Positions 14,920 through 30,183 of a stretch of DNA of 64,000 nucleotides are shown here, piece by piece (within the stretch, counting starts at the first letter, position 1; each line of letters starts with the position of its first letter). Position numbers and translations under genes: made by a program. The notes beneath the pieces were generated by a model, which had not been told where the DNA came from, did not search any database, and saw only the letters and a program-made list of their open reading frames with translations. The DNA comes from Schmidtea polychroa (lineage: Eukaryota): contig CM097885.1 of NCBI GenBank assembly GCA_044892525.1, forward strand, positions 14,324,001 to 14,388,000, read 5' to 3'.

Positions 14920-15835
14920 GTGGTGATCTGCGATCGTAAATGATAAAGTTGAAGGTGCAGGATTGGCTGGGATCTCGTTCCAAAATCAATGATAACCGAC
15001 GATCTCACTCAAACCTACACCTCTATAGTTAAATAGAAAGAGTGAAAACAAGGTTTAAATAATAATAATTTATAATTCACAATAAAATCGTCCTTACTTA
15101 CAATCTCAGAAAAATCAAATTAAAATTTTGGCATAAGAGTAAGCATTGAAAAGTGACGAAATGTGTTAGTTTATTTAGCCTCTGTTTGGTGTGCAAGTAT
15201 GCATGCGTGCATTGATGCAGTAAAACAAATTCGAATTATTTTAATTCTCGAACATTCGATTTTTAATTTTTATCGATTTTGATGGCGATTTTAAGAATTT
15301 TTGTTTTTATTTTTGAAATTTTATTTTTGAATTATTATTTATTAAATTTGTCTCCATGATGGATTTCGGCATTTCCAGAACATTCCATGCTAAATTTAAT
15401 CTATTTCTTATTTTTAAATTGTTTTTTGTGATATCGTTTCTAAAATTTTTATATTTTATAAATTTTATTGGGTCGTTTGGCGGCTATGATGGATTTCGCC
15501 ATTTGTTGGATTATTCTGGATTTTTATTCAAAATTTTGATATAATCTTCTCTCCGTAAGATTTTATGAAGAGTTTCTTTAATTTTTCTTTTTAAATTTTA
15601 CTAATCGCCTTTATTCGAATTTGTTTTTGTAGTTTTATTTCTTTCGGTTATATTTGAGTAAGTTTTCGTGTGATACTTCTTGATCATGTTTTATTTTATT
15701 TTAATATAGATGTTTTATTTTTGGGTATATTATCTCTTTATTATCATTGTTTATTTGGTGTTTTTATATATTTTTATTTAAGTAAACTTAATGCTGGGTA
15801 TGCGTGTTGTGTACTGACACATTTCTTCCCCTTCC
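14920..15835 (-). mobile_element. Possible LTR remnant of another retroelement
   Basis: Minus-strand purine tract AGGAAGGGGAAGAAA followed directly by TG at ~15821. Left boundary uncertain. Confidence 0.35.
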
Positions 15836-16009
15836 TAACTTTGGGTTTAGAAATCAGTTCTAGCTCAATATAATTATGAATTTATAAAATTATTAAAAAG
15901 ACTTGGGGTAAAATGTGAACCATTGAAAGTGAAACAACTGTTCTACTATTATTTAATTAAAATAAATTTCAGACATTTCATTTCAAAGCATTAGCACCTC
16001 CAAGGTAAG

Positions 16010-16384
16010 AGCAACGAATATTTTCAGAGACGGATTAGTCAACAAACACAGCAAGCTACGTGGTTTGAGAAAAAAATAAAGGTTTCTATAAGAGCTCAGC
16101 AAGAAAGTTATCAAGTGGCTGAAATTATAGCCCATACTATTGCGGAATCACTTATTTTGCCTGCTTGTCTGGCAGTTGTAAAAACAATACTTGTTGATGA
16201 AACGGGGTAGGAAATTAAAAAAAATTAAAAATTGTATCCTGTATTGTAATAAAGAAATGTTGTTTTACAGAAATAGACTGATAGAAGCACTTTTTAAACT
16301 GACATTTGATTGTTTCGTCCTGCACCCCCAGAAATCTTATCCCGTACCATTAGCGGTGCATGTACCCCTGGTTAAGAACCCCTG
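16010..16384 (+). mobile_element. hAT (Charlie/Buster group) remnant
   Basis: Translates EYFQRR...SYQVAEII.HTIAESLILPACLAVVKTIL and ends in GGTTAAGAACCCCTG (reverse complement of a CAGGGGTTCTTAACC TIR). Confidence 0.75.
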
Positions 16385-17606
16385 CCACTAAATCAAAACA
16401 AATTTTAAAAAATCAAAATTATTTTCGTGATCGGATTACACTCATTTCATCATGTCAAAGCTTGAACGGGCATGAAAGAAATGATTGTCAAATTGAATCG
16501 AAATTAGTGATGCCAAACAAGTATAAAAGAAATTGCAACACAAATCAATTGGCAGTAATTGTAGAAACTTAAATTGAATAAAGTGACAAAAGTAATAACT
16601 TAAATATTTTGAAACGCCTCAATTCCATTTCTATTGGATGATCGAATTCCACATCTTTGTATCAAGAGAATTTGGCGTTTTGGAGATTTTGCTTCACAAT
16701 ACATTTCATTGAATACGACTTTCGTATTTTTGGGTAGTTTGAATATTATCTGAGAGTAATTGTCATTGACATCTCCATTAACTGGACGTTCTGTGATCCA
16801 TTTTATTTTCTTTTTAAAATTTCAAATAGGATCTGATATTTCCATTAAGTAAACTTTGAACCCTATTAGCACAGAAATATACGAAGAACAGAAAGATTGA
16901 TGTTGATAAATTGGATATGTTACAATTCAAGAGCGTTGAGTACATCTTTTTGTTAGTTTAGAAAAAAAGGTGGCAGATATTTAAACAACGTAATTTTTGT
17001 TTATTTTATCAATAATGCATATTTAATTTTAATTTAAATAATTAAAAAAATTAATAAAATTAAATAAAATTAAATGTGCATGTTTCAGGCACTATATGCA
17101 TAAATTAGAATTGTATAAATATTTTCTCTTATTAATTTCTTTAATTTATTTATTATTATTATTTTTTGATTATCGATCAATGTCAAATATTGTCAAATAT
17201 TAAACAAAATATTGATCGATGGTTTAAAAAAAGAAATAAAAATAAAGAAAATTGAAAAACGATTAATTATGAAAAAAGATAAAAGTTGTTTATTAATTAT
17301 TTTTATTGATTAATTTTCAAAAAAAATGGTTTGTTTGTTTTAATTACATCTTTGGTTCATAATTGAGCACATTCCATCTAGTAACTTACAATAGCAATAA
17401 TTAAATTAATTAATTAAACAAAGTTAAAACATTTTAATCAATAAAACTTGAACCAAAAAAGTGAAATACACACTAAATCAACCGCCATCACATATTTGTT
17501 GAAATTGTTTAAATGCATCTGTTGTTGCTTCCACAAATCAAATATATAATCACAATTACAATAGCTACATAAATTTAATTGCATCAGAAACATTTTCAGT
17601 TGATAA

Positions 17607-18223
<617 letters not shown>

Positions 18224-18480
18224 ACTAATTTTATGTTTTATTGTAATATTATTATTATAATTATTATTATAAGAACTTTTGTTTCAAATTTCACCACTGA
18301 TTTCTTTTCCTTTGACATTGTATTTATTAAAAAGTTTGACTATGAATCAGTAAATATATCGATGTTATTGATATATTTAGTGATTCATAGTCAAACGTTT
18401 TAATGAATACAATAAGATATTTGTTAGAAATATTGTCTTTCATATTGAAGTAAAGTTTTAAATTTATGTAGTGCAAAAAA

Positions 18481-18723
18481 CTAATAATAATCGATAGCTT
18501 TGAATATATCCTGATCTGTTGTGTGTTCTGAAAGAGCATGACAAAGTAAAAGGTTTTCTTCGGCTTCATTGTCTTTTAAATACCTCGCAATAACAAGCAA
18601 AATAGCAAAATTTACTACATCCGTGCTTTCATCAACTTGTATAACGAAAACATTACTATTTTTAATTCTATCAATCACTGTTGCCTCAACATTATCAGAC
18701 ATATCCAAAATTCTTATATACAT
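18481..18723 (-). mobile_element. hAT (Buster/Charlie-like) transposase fragment
   Basis: FVIQVDESTDV..AILLVIARY...EENLLLC...TT..DIF, the region around the first catalytic Asp. Confidence 0.8.
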
Positions 18724-21700
18724 AAAAGGAATATATGATACTTTATAACATGCTTCAATAAGATTTGAATCTTTATCAAGTACATATTTTAAAATCCCTC
18801 TCTAAATACTTTTTTTCTCCTTTGAGGTGTTCAAGAGCAGCTTTTCTATTTTCTCCTTCGTTTTAGCATGTTTGTGATGTGTATTTTGTCATGATCTGAA
18901 ACATTGTACTTTTCATAATTCCAATTGATATACAATTTACAAAACAATACATCTTATCATTATTTTTGATGAGGAAACACTACAATTTCCATTCATCTTT
19001 AGAAACTCTGTTCTCATCCTTCATTCATCTTTTAATTTTTTCCTACATTTGCTGGGTAGAATATATATACGGTTTTTTATAACGCCATTTAACGCGCAGT
19101 TAAAATTGGGCTGTTCTCTTATAACGCGACTTAAATGGCGTAAAAAATTTATCTATGGGAACACTTATTTAATTTTTTGAATTTAAAATTTTCTCTGTAC
19201 ATAGTAGGCATTTAGAGGGGATTTTCCTTTTTCTCAATTTCAATTACGTATTATAAGAATTTTTTTCAAATTTCACCACTGATTTCTTTTCCTTTGACTT
19301 ATTAAAAAGTCTGACTATGAATCAGTAAATATATCGATGATTTTTTGATATATTTACTGATTGATAGTCAAACTTTTTAATAAATACAATGCCAATCACG
19401 TATTAGGAAATTAACAATCTTTAACAAATCCCTTTAATTTATTTTATGTTTAAATGTATTTAGGATACAATTTTTTATTTAGGTTAATTTGAGCACAATT
19501 TATTTATTTCTAAGATTACATACAACTCAGTACGAATTCATTCAATTTATATTAGTTTTCAGTTTCTTATAACACGTTCTCCATATAATTTTATTAGCGA
19601 TCATTGAGTTCTAGAATTTTTTGCGTAAGGTTGAGGAGATTGCTGTTATAATAGTTCTCCTTTATTATGAAATTCATGGCAAAACACCGCTAAAACCTAT
19701 GACTTGAGCTGAAAAGCGTGATTTCTGTATTTTTTACCTTAGTAAAAAATCTATTATTTGCAAAGTTCGAGATCATATAATTTCTCTGGCAAATATCTTG
19801 ATGATGCCTGTAGTAAATGTAATATCTCATGACGAACTGACAACTTGAGGGGTTATGACCTACATCATATTTGGTATTGTTGGGTATTTTGTGCAAGTCG
19901 GTATTACTATCTGTCTCCTTTGTGGTCTTTTTGAAATTAAGTTAAACAACCCAATACAAAATCTTTATTCGAGACTAATACAATTACACTTTGGTTACAC
20001 TTTTTATTGATTCAATCACACTTGATACAACCCTTTTTTGCTCTGCATTTTTCAATACCAATGTTAATCTTACGCAGGGATTAGTCTTCCAACGAAAGAT
20101 ATCCCTTTCTGGTACGCTCGATTTCAAAATATTCAGTTGACACTAAGTTCAAAGTGGTCTTTGTTACTCTCGCTAAATTTCTCATTTATTATATCTGAAC
20201 TCGTCTCATTGTTTGGCATCCGCCCAAACCAGTTTCCCCCGGAAAATATTCATTTTAAATTTTTGATTTTTTTTAATTAATATTTTGTACTTTAAATTAT
20301 TTTTGTGAAATTGGTGTTTTTATTGATTTTTCACCTCATCTTTTGTACCTCTCTTGTTGAACCCCAACTGTATTACTATTTTTCTATCGCGGGAGTTGAA
20401 TTTATATCATTAATATTTTATATTCAAAAATTGCCTGTTCTTTTTATTGATAGTATGCAATTTGTTAATACTTTCAGATCTTCCTTTGACTTCATCTGCT
20501 TTTGAAGGTTCTATCATGAATTGTAAAGATATTTTTCCTTATAATTTTGTTACTACTTTAGAGGTTCTTTAATCTACCTTTGAATTGCCTCCAATCTGGG
20601 ATGGTGTTACGACAGATGAATATACCAATGCTTAATTAATTAATTAAGAATTAAAATAATCTATTGGACTAATATATTAACTTATCTTAAATTAGATGTA
20701 TTTTGAGTTGGAAAATTTATTTTGAGGATTTTTAAGTTTGGATATTTTTTGCGCTTGGAAGATTTTTCTTGTAAATATCCTTGTATAGTTAATAAGAATA
20801 CACGGTTGATTTCCTATGATAAAATAATTTGCTATAATAAAGTGGTGTGACCTACATATTTTTCAAAATTTTCTAAGCATTTTTCGTTGACCTACATATT
20901 TATTTCTTATACTTTTGTTCATTGTCTCACCATGCGTTAAAGAATACGAATCCGTTTCTATTATATAAGTTTATCTATTACTTATAATATATGAAAGTTG
21001 TTATATTATGGCATTTGATTATGATGCTATTCACTGTCTCACCATGTGTTAAAGCATACGATTTTAATTCTATAATAATAGAGTGGTGAGACTTTCATAA
21101 TATATAGAAAATGTTATATTATAGTGTGTTCTATATTTTAATTTGGAGACTTTGGTGCTCATTTCCATGAAAACACACTCCATGGATATACACACCATAT
21201 ATTTTCGTGACCTACATACAATTCTGAGTCAATCTAGACCTTTTCTAGAGGGTAGCGTGGATGGGACACATCCAACTGCTGACGGAATCTACAAATCGCG
21301 ATTGCACGGAAACGAGAAGTTAGAATAGAAGTGAGGAGGCTTCAAGAGCGATTATGGACCGAGGAGGCGACTATGTAGCTCACCTGTCGATTATTGTAGT
21401 TAAAGAATAACATTTTGTTTAATACTGCTTTAAATTTCTGAAATTGAATAAATCATGAGTAGAGGGACCTAATATAAATACGGACTATTATATTCTAAAG
21501 ATTATCTGCGAAGCCGCTCGAATACTTGTAGATTATAGTGTACAAAGGTACACTCAATTTTCTCGATTATTCACCAATCCGGCATAGTTCCAACGTTGTT
21601 CGCGAAACCAGTATCGAATGGTAAAGCAAACTTTTATTCTAAGTTGCTTTGGTGACAACTCGACCGGGTAAAATACAAATGACCTGCATCCCACCATGAT

Positions 21701-21837
21701 TATTTTATTTCAAGGTAAATTTATTTATCAAAATAATCTCAACAAATAAAAGTCAAAATTGAAAAAGGAAAAACAAAAAAAATAATTTTATTGAAAATAT
21801 CTCTCGCAATCTCCCTTCAGAAAACCTTTCCAACAAT

Positions 21838-22466
21838 CTACCGAAATGATTTACAATTCTTCAAGTATTCTGATGATAATTTCCCTGCTGCTTCCAATGC
21901 CTCGTATAGTCCATCACCGGAAACTGCACAACATGCTTGCAGGTGCCATTTGTGAGTGCGCTCCAGTTTCGATAATTCTAACCCTTCCACAATTCTACTT
22001 GGTGACATGGCATTTGGTAAATCTTGTTTGTTTGCAATCACCACTATTGGAATCTGAATCAATGTTAAACATTTCAATTTCCTATCAAATCTAGATTTAC
22101 ATTTCTCATCTCGTCACATTCAGCAATCGTAAATAATTCATCTCTTGATTCCTTCAACCTTTCCACATCATTGCTGTCCACTACATAAATCAATCCATGA
22201 CAATTCGTATAGTAATGTCTCCATAACGGTCGAATCTTCTCTTGACCTCCCACATCCCAAATTGTGAATTTCAAACCTTTCCCAATTGAAACTTCCTCCA
22301 CATTGAATCCGATTGTTGGAATCGTTGTCACAGTTTCATTGAGTTTCAATTTGTATAGAATTGTGGTTTTACCAGCAGCATCCAATCCCAACATTAGGAT
22401 TCTCCGAGAATCAGATTGAGATAACTCGTTTAGCAAATTGTATAATCTACTCAAAAGTATTCCCAT
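21838..22466 (-). CDS. ARF/ARL-family small GTPase, copy 3 (193 aa; exons 22466-22101 and 22053-21838)
   Basis: Same motifs and 47-bp intron as copy 1; reading frame intact. Confidence 0.95.
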
Positions 22467-22670
22467 TTAATACAATAATAAAATCGAATAATAAAAATCA
22501 AAGAAAAGATTGAATATTTATAGTGATTCTGAATTGCATCAAATTCTCCACCGTGGATTGAATGACAACGCGTTTCTAAAAATAGTAACAGAAATTTCAA
22601 CATTTTCTGATTGGTCATTTAGAATAATTAATGCCAATCTATCACAGACTTAAACAATAGATTGATGACG

Positions 22671-22787
<117 letters not shown>

Positions 22788-23797
22788 GAGTAAATAAAAG
22801 AGGTTATTATTGTTGCAGAACGTGCAGGACCAGAGTGGTTACATAGAGATATATGAAATAATCAGAAGATACATTTTATCGCGACATTCGGAGATTTGTA
22901 CGAATTTGATTAAAAAAATACTTTGAGAGTTGTTTATCTAATTGTTTTACTGAGCACATGGAGTCAGAAACACCGACGTTAATAATTATTTATTTAAAAC
23001 TTAACCATATTAATTATATCTTATGTTAGTCCTTTATATGTTGCAATACTGTTCATAATTTATGTTCCTTAGTATATGCGTTAGGGTCATTAAATTTTTT
23101 TAAATTTTTCAAAATGACGGAATGCCTAAGCAACATTTTTGAATTGATATTTTCAAGTTGACGGATTCAATTTTTAAAATTAAAAATACATGAGAAATAT
23201 TATTTTTTCCAATTTTTTATGTTGGTTATTAATAATATACGCTAATATACCACTAATCTTTTTTTGTCACCCTTTTAGTTTAGCGAAAATGTTTCAGTAA
23301 AATAGGTATACATTTAATGTCAGTAAATCTAGTGTTAATTTAAATTAGGGCAACGTAATATGTTGCACTGCGAAGTGTTGATTTAAGTGTTATGTAACAA
23401 ACTCGCAGTTCAACACTATTATGCAATAGTGTCAAACTCGTTACATTTCTCTAATTAACAATAAAAAATAAAAAATCTTTGATATATTAGTTAAGTAATT
23501 ACCTGCAATACAACTAGAAATATTGTAATCACATACAAAGAGAACATTTATGGAGGAAATGGAGAAAAATTATTGAAATATGTTTATTATGGAAATGTTT
23601 AAAATTAAAAATGTTTAATTAAAATTGAAAAATATTATCTTTTAAATTAAATAAAATATTTCCTCCCAAACTTATTGGAGTTTCTAGCTTTCTTTTATAA
23701 ATATTTATAAATTATTATAAATAAATTATAAAGATTTTTATTAAATGGGCTCTCCAGGATGTGTAAAGTTACAATTACCTCAAAAATGCAACATTTA

Positions 23798-26700
23798 TGA
23801 AATAATATTAAGAAATTAATATTATTAAAATTGTTTAAATAAACAGATGTTTTTAAGAATAGATATTTGAATTAAAACGTGTTATTCAATTCACTTCAAT
23901 GGCGTCACGAACAAGATTACCTCCTATAGATCTCACAAATGCAGACCAATGCGAAACGTGGCTACTCACATTCAATGCGCTAATTAGGATAAACCAATGG
24001 ACGGATTCCGAAACAAAATTATCGATTACAGACAACTACATGGCTATTTGTGGGTTCGAGGCACTTAACAAAATCCGATCCGTTCTATCCCAAGAACAAG
24101 AATCAGCAATAAGGAAATACTTACATCCGAAATCAAGGTTGGTTGTAACAGAAAGACGCAGATATTTCAAGATAAAACAAGAAAAATCCGAAAATATTTC
24201 AGATTTCATTGTACGACTTCGGAAAGGCCCACAATTCTGTGAGTTCGAGAAACAAAAAGAATCAAAAGATCCAGTAGAAGATATGATAAGAATGTCAGTT
24301 ACAGCCGGTCTTTATGACGACAAAGCGAAATTATACCTTCTTGAAAAAATAGGACACAGCGAAGTATCGGTGGAACATATTCAAGAGATCATACAAGACA
24401 TGGAACAGGTCAAGATATTCACTGAAAATTTCGAGAAAGCAAATGAAGATGAACAAAATATGAATACATTTTATTCACGAAAAGAATTTATTCCAAGAGA
24501 GAAATGTAAGTATTGTGGTTCTGAACATAGACATTGCACCAAATATGGGAAACTAAATCATTTTGCTGGAGTATGTAGATCATCAAGTAGATCAAATAAA
24601 CCGAATATTCACGTTATGGATCAAGAAAGCATAAACTCAGATATTGGAACAATCGTCGCAATTAATTTGTGTAGAAAAGAGCTAATAAATTGCCAAATAA
24701 ACTTGCACGAGGTGCTTATGCAGGTTAACACGGGTGCAGATGTGTCCATAATATCGTTCAGGATGTGGGAGAATATAAGTAAACCCATTCGAAAGTCAAA
24801 TTGTCAGTATACGATGGTCATACGATGATGTGCCGAGGTCAGTTTCTTGCTGATGTAGAAACTAAAACCAAGCATCAGGTCATAATATTAACTATTATTG
24901 AATCAGATAAAGCATATGGTTTTTAGGCAGAGATCCTTTAGAAGCAGAAACCAGCAATCACAATGAAGAGTACATTTCTTCCCACAATCAAAGGAGTTCA
25001 AGCCACAATGATACAAATAAAAGAGGCCAGGAATGTATTCTGTAAAGCAAGAACCGTGCCGTTGGCAATGAAAACAAGAATCAACGAGGAATTATCACGT
25101 CTTGAGGAAATGGGAGTCATCTCATAATGCAAAGATTCTGTAATGAATTGTTTTCCTGTAGTATGTATAAAGAAAGAGAATGGAGATTTTAGGATGTGTG
25201 TGGATTTCAAAGTTCATATAAACCAAAAAATCAAGACGGAATCATATCCTCTACCCAAGATTGAAACTATATTCGCACGGATGAAAAATGCAAAACGTTT
25301 TGCCAAAGTAGACCTAAAATCGGCCTATTGGCAAATCGAGCTTGATAAAGAGGCACAACAATTATCAATCATTAATACATCAAAAGGTTTATACTATATA
25401 AATCGTCTGCAGATGGGCATGAAAAATGCTTGGGCGATATTTCAGAGAACCATGGAGGAAATTTTATCAGATATAAAAGGTATTCTTACATACCAAGATG
25501 ACGTTCTGGTTTTTGGAGAGAATGATGTTTCGTTAAAAAAACGGTTAGACACAGTTAACCAACGCCTAAAAGAAAAGAAAATCACCGTAAACAAAGAAAA
25601 GTTAATTGAATACGTCGATTAAATTACGTTTCTAGGGTTCAATATATCTAGTCGAGGTGTCCAGGTGGATAAATTAGTAAGAAAATTACAAGACATCATT
25701 GTTCCTACGAATAGGAAAGAAGTAGAAAGCTTTATCGGGCTAACAAATTATTTTGGTAGACTCATTCCCAAAATACTCGGACAAAATTGCATCTTAGAAC
25801 AGCCTGAGAAAGAAAGATAGTATTTTCGTTTGGACGGAGAAATGTCAGGAAAGTTTCGACCAACTAAAGAAGGAATTATCCGATCATCCGATAGTGAAAC
25901 CGTACTCTCTTGAAAAAGAAGTGACTCTGACGACAGACGCATCCTTAAACGCCGTCGGAGCAGTTCTAACTCAAGAAGGTTATCCAGTGATTTATGCTTC
26001 CCGAACTCTGACCCAAGCAGAACGTAATTATTCAAACATAGAAAGAGAAGCCTTAGCTGTTGTATGGTCTGTAACCAGGTTGAGTCATTTCCTTCTAGGA
26101 AGAAAATTCATAATTCAGACCGATCATTGTCCGTTGAAATATTTATTTGGAAGTGACAGGGCAATCGCAGAACAAGTCTCAGCACGGGTAACAAAATGGG
26201 CAATACAACTGATGAAATACGACTATGATATAACATATATCCCGGGAGCACTGATCCCACACGCGGATGCTATGTCAAGACTTAAAATCAAAAATGCAGA
26301 CAAGAAAAATGTTGATTTCGACACGATGAATGCTCCACAAATTTACAACGTCACATTTTGTAATGTTTTAGATCCAAAAGAAATTATAAATGAACTTGAG
26401 ATTGATGAACGGTTGAAAGAAATTATGCAACGAGCTATAAGTGGAAGATGGTCCAAATGCAGTCAATTTGAAACAAAATTTTAAAAAAATTATAAAAGTC
26501 TCACAATCGACAATAACATGCTGTATAATGGCACCATTGAGTGTTCATTCCCGAGAGACTTCGTGAAAAAGCTTTTAATTTAATCCACAATGAAACCCAT
26601 AATGGAGTGCAAACTTGGTGGCCAGGTATGACAAACGACATTGAGAAATTTGTAAAAAATTGTACAATGTGCTCGAAAATCCGACCAAATCCAATCAAAA

Positions 26701-27641
26701 CAGTTCATCGTTGGCCCGATGCTAAGCCGTTCGAACGAGTACATCTTGACTGGGCATACACCAAGGAGGTTGGCAACATTCTAATTATAGTTGACTCGGG
26801 TTTGAATTGGATCGAAGCCTTTAGAACGAAAGAGAGGACCACATCCGGCATTATCAAATGTCTGATAACAGTGTTTACGCGTTTCGGTATCCCTGAATGT
26901 GTCGTAACGGATAACACACCAGCGTTCACATCAAAAGAATTGATGTCTTGGTTAGAGAACCAAGGAGCCCGTAAAATGGAATCTCCGCCATATTTCCTAA
27001 TGGCAAATGGCAGAGCTGAACGAGCAGTTCAAACCATCAAGAGGGGTATAAAATGTTGGAAGGTAATTCAATGCCATACTGAATTTGACGAGTTTCTTCA
27101 AAAGATGCTATTCTATCATCGGATATCTGCTGATTTTGAAAGTAAGTCCCAATCAGAAATGATTTTTGGGAGACTAATACGCAGGCCGATAATACCTCCA
27201 TTCCAACAAGGCGAAGTTGTGGACTACAAATCTGGCTTAACTAATGACACCTCTTGTCAGACTTTTCTCATGCCAAAGGGCAGGAATACATCATGGATCA
27301 TCTCAGAAGATGACTACAACCCGATCATGAAATTAGCAAGTAACAACCAACTATCTCCAAAGGGGCTAAATGAAACAATGGAGAATGAAATGCCGTTATC
27401 ACTAGATGAAACGCCAGACATGAATGACGTTCAGTAAGAAGACGTTATACCCATTGCCTCTCAAAACGAGCTTCGAAAGATCAATCGAATTCGTAGACCT
27501 CCGCAAAGACTGGGAGAATGGGTTTTAGAGGAGGACATGAAATAATATTAAGAAATTAATATTATTATTAAAATTGTTTAAATAAACAGATGTTTTTAAG
27601 AATAGATATTTGAATTAAAACGTGTTATTCAATTCACTTCA
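23798..27641 (+). mobile_element. Ty3/Gypsy LTR retrotransposon with both LTRs and decayed gag-pol
   Basis: LTRs 23798-23898 and 27538-27641 (TG...CA, identical except a 3-bp indel). 5-bp TSD ATTTA. PBS TGGCGTCACGAACAAGAT at 23900-23917 (tRNA-Ser-like). PPT AGAGGAGGA. Gag, protease-like (VNTGAD), RT (YQDD), RNase H (TTDAS) and integrase fragments. Confidence 0.96.
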
Positions 27642-27856
27642 ATTTATGAAAACATTTATCTGCTTTTATTATACATCTATCTTACACATCTAGGTTATAA
27701 ATTTTACAAAAAGAAATCTTTTTTCATTTAATTATTTATGCTTAATCTCACTCCCGTTTTAGTTTTTAGGAGGTCTTAATTGGAAATAAAAAGGTGTTTA
27801 TATAATAAAATGAATTCGGTGTTTGTCCAATTTCCAACAAACAATTTTGCACAATA

Positions 27857-28977
27857 CACTCATACCTCGCTTTACGGCTTAGCTACGTTCCGTGAAAGTT
27901 GGCCGCAAAGCGAAAAGCCGTATAACGAGTCAATTTTTTAGATATAAACCCATATAAATTTAATAGGATCGGTTCCAATTTTTGATAAAATACATAACGT
28001 AGTTTTTATTTTTATATTAATTTATGTCTTTATATGTATTTCATACAAACATTACTTACATATAAAATAAAAATACATAACAAGTATAATATATGTATTA
28101 TAATGAACTGAAACTAACAAACTATTGTACTTCATCATCACTTCCTGCTGTTGTGGATTCACTTGGTTTAAAAAAATTATCATCAGCACTAGCTGCTTTA
28201 CATTTCATTTTTAAGTTGTGCAAATTGTGTCGATTTTTAAAATTTTCAAACCAACCATGGCTTCCTTGGAATGTTACATCTTCCATTGCTTCATTGGTAC
28301 CACCACTCTTCAAATTCATAAAAATACTTTTAGCCCTTTCTTGGATAATCATTTGGCTCATTGACATCCTCCGTTAGTTATTGTCTTCAATCCATATAAC
28401 CAATAATTTTTCCATTTTTTCCATAATGCCGAGTTAAATTTAAGACATTTAAATGTGCAGCAGATTGCGAATGTGCTTTAATTTTTTGTTTGTTATCACG
28501 AATAGTTTGAACGGTAGACTTCGCCAGTTCAAGTGACTTACAATCTTGGACAATTTTCTCACCAGCTTGAATGCGATGTGAAACTGCTAGCTTAGTCTCA
28601 GGTGACATTTTTTTGGCTTCTCATTTTATTTATATCAGTCTCTGAATTCCATGAACGCTTCGGACACATTTTGTCTTGAAAACGGGTTTTAATGAAATTA
28701 TAAATTGCAAAAACACAAACAAAAAACAAACAAGAATAAACACGTCTACTTTTAAGAGTACATGTGATTACACTGTAAATTAAAGCAGTAAAATACATAT
28801 GAGACCGTGCGTGAGCTTGGTATTCCAGCGACGTCTTAACGACACTGGCGGTAATAAAACATCAGAGCCGTAACATCGAAACATTTTGGAACTGTATATA
28901 TAAAAAGGGACATTTGTAAAGAAGGCCGTAAAAGCGAAAAGCCGTATAAAGAGCAGTCGTATAGCGAGGTATGGGTG
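27857..28977 (-). mobile_element. Tigger/pogo-type Tc1-mariner element, internally deleted
   Basis: TIRs CACTCATACCTCGCTTTACGGC and GTCGTATAGCGAGGTATGGGTG, with TA on both sides. Minus-strand HTH/CENP-B-like fragments (LELAKSTVQTI; FQGSHGWFENFKNRHNL). No DDE domain. Confidence 0.9.
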
Positions 28978-29412
28978 TATTATAGGAAACGTATCTAAAT
29001 GGTGTAAAAAAGAGTGTGCATCGAGACTGCGCTTGCGTAAGATTGGCAGCTTGTAGATATATCGACATCGAGAAAAAGTTTTTTTTTGCCTTTATAGAAA
29101 AACATTTTAGGCCGTAAATCAAAAACGTGCCTTAATTGAAGAGGGCTGTTATAACGAAATGCCGTGTAAAGATCGGTCGTATAGCGAGGTATGGGTGTAT
29201 TGAGGACATTTTAAGGCTATTCTGTATAAGCAGTAGAAAGGAATAATAATTCGAATTTTACCCTTAACGACAATACCCCAATGTCAATAAGAGAACAAGC
29301 ACCATCCATAAAATTATTGTTTATCACAACTTCCATCATTAAAAAATTTACATTTTTATTTTCCATTAATCTTAAAATATTATCTTCATCAAAATATTTA
29401 ATGATATTGACA

Positions 29413-29874
29413 CACCGTTCTTTCTTTCTGACGGAACGCTCCGGAACGGCGTTACGGCACCTTTTTTGACATATGTTTTGGTTTTTTGTCATATTTCTAT
29501 TTCTGACATTTCAAATAGTCAATTACAATCAAATTAAAAGTAGTAGTCGTACGCCAAAGCGAGTGAATCATAACTCCGTGCTTCCTATGTGTTATTACTA
29601 TTATATAAAACACGCTCACGGTAAATATACGCCATTAATATACTACATCATTAAAATCGTTCCCTGTCATCGGCGTTTTAAATTCACATTAATTTTTCTT
29701 TACGTTCTTTCTACATTAAAAAATTTATCGGTAATAGGTTACTAATAACTAATAAGTGTATATTTGTGTCCTGCATAATTATTTTATTTGTTAGCTAATT
29801 TCAGCGTCATTTTTTTGCATATAAAGGATAGTACAGATACGTTCCGGAACCTTTTTTTCCAGAAAAAAGCATTG
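29413..29874. mobile_element. Probable non-autonomous hAT element
   Basis: Ends carry CGGAAC/GTTCCGG subterminal motifs and imperfect CA..GCTTTT TIRs. TTGACA is repeated at both flanks. Confidence 0.5.
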
Positions 29875-29898
29875 TTGACAACTATACAGTATCATCAT

Positions 29899-30183
29899 TA
29901 GGGTGACCAATAATCATGCATAATTTTATATTATTTATATTATTAAAATTTTATTTTTATCGATTTTCAATCAACTGATATCACGAAATAATCATAAAAT
30001 GAATTTTGATTAAATTGATAAAAATTAATTTATCGTTTTACCCAAATATATTTATCTATGTTTTTTAATGTTTATATTGAAATTTTTTTATTTTAGATCC
30101 CATGTTTAAAAAAAATAAATGCATAATTCTCAGAAAATAATTGTATAATTGACCAGAATAAGTCCATAATTCTGGTCACCCTA
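29899..30183. mobile_element. hAT-type MITE (285 bp)
   Basis: Perfect 11-bp TIR TAGGGTGACCA/TGGTCACCCTA and 8-bp TSD ATCATCAT. Confidence 0.92.

Noticed and set aside
19600..21700. LTR-like fragments between the ARF genes
   Set aside because: No paired termini, PBS or coding remnants to support boundaries.
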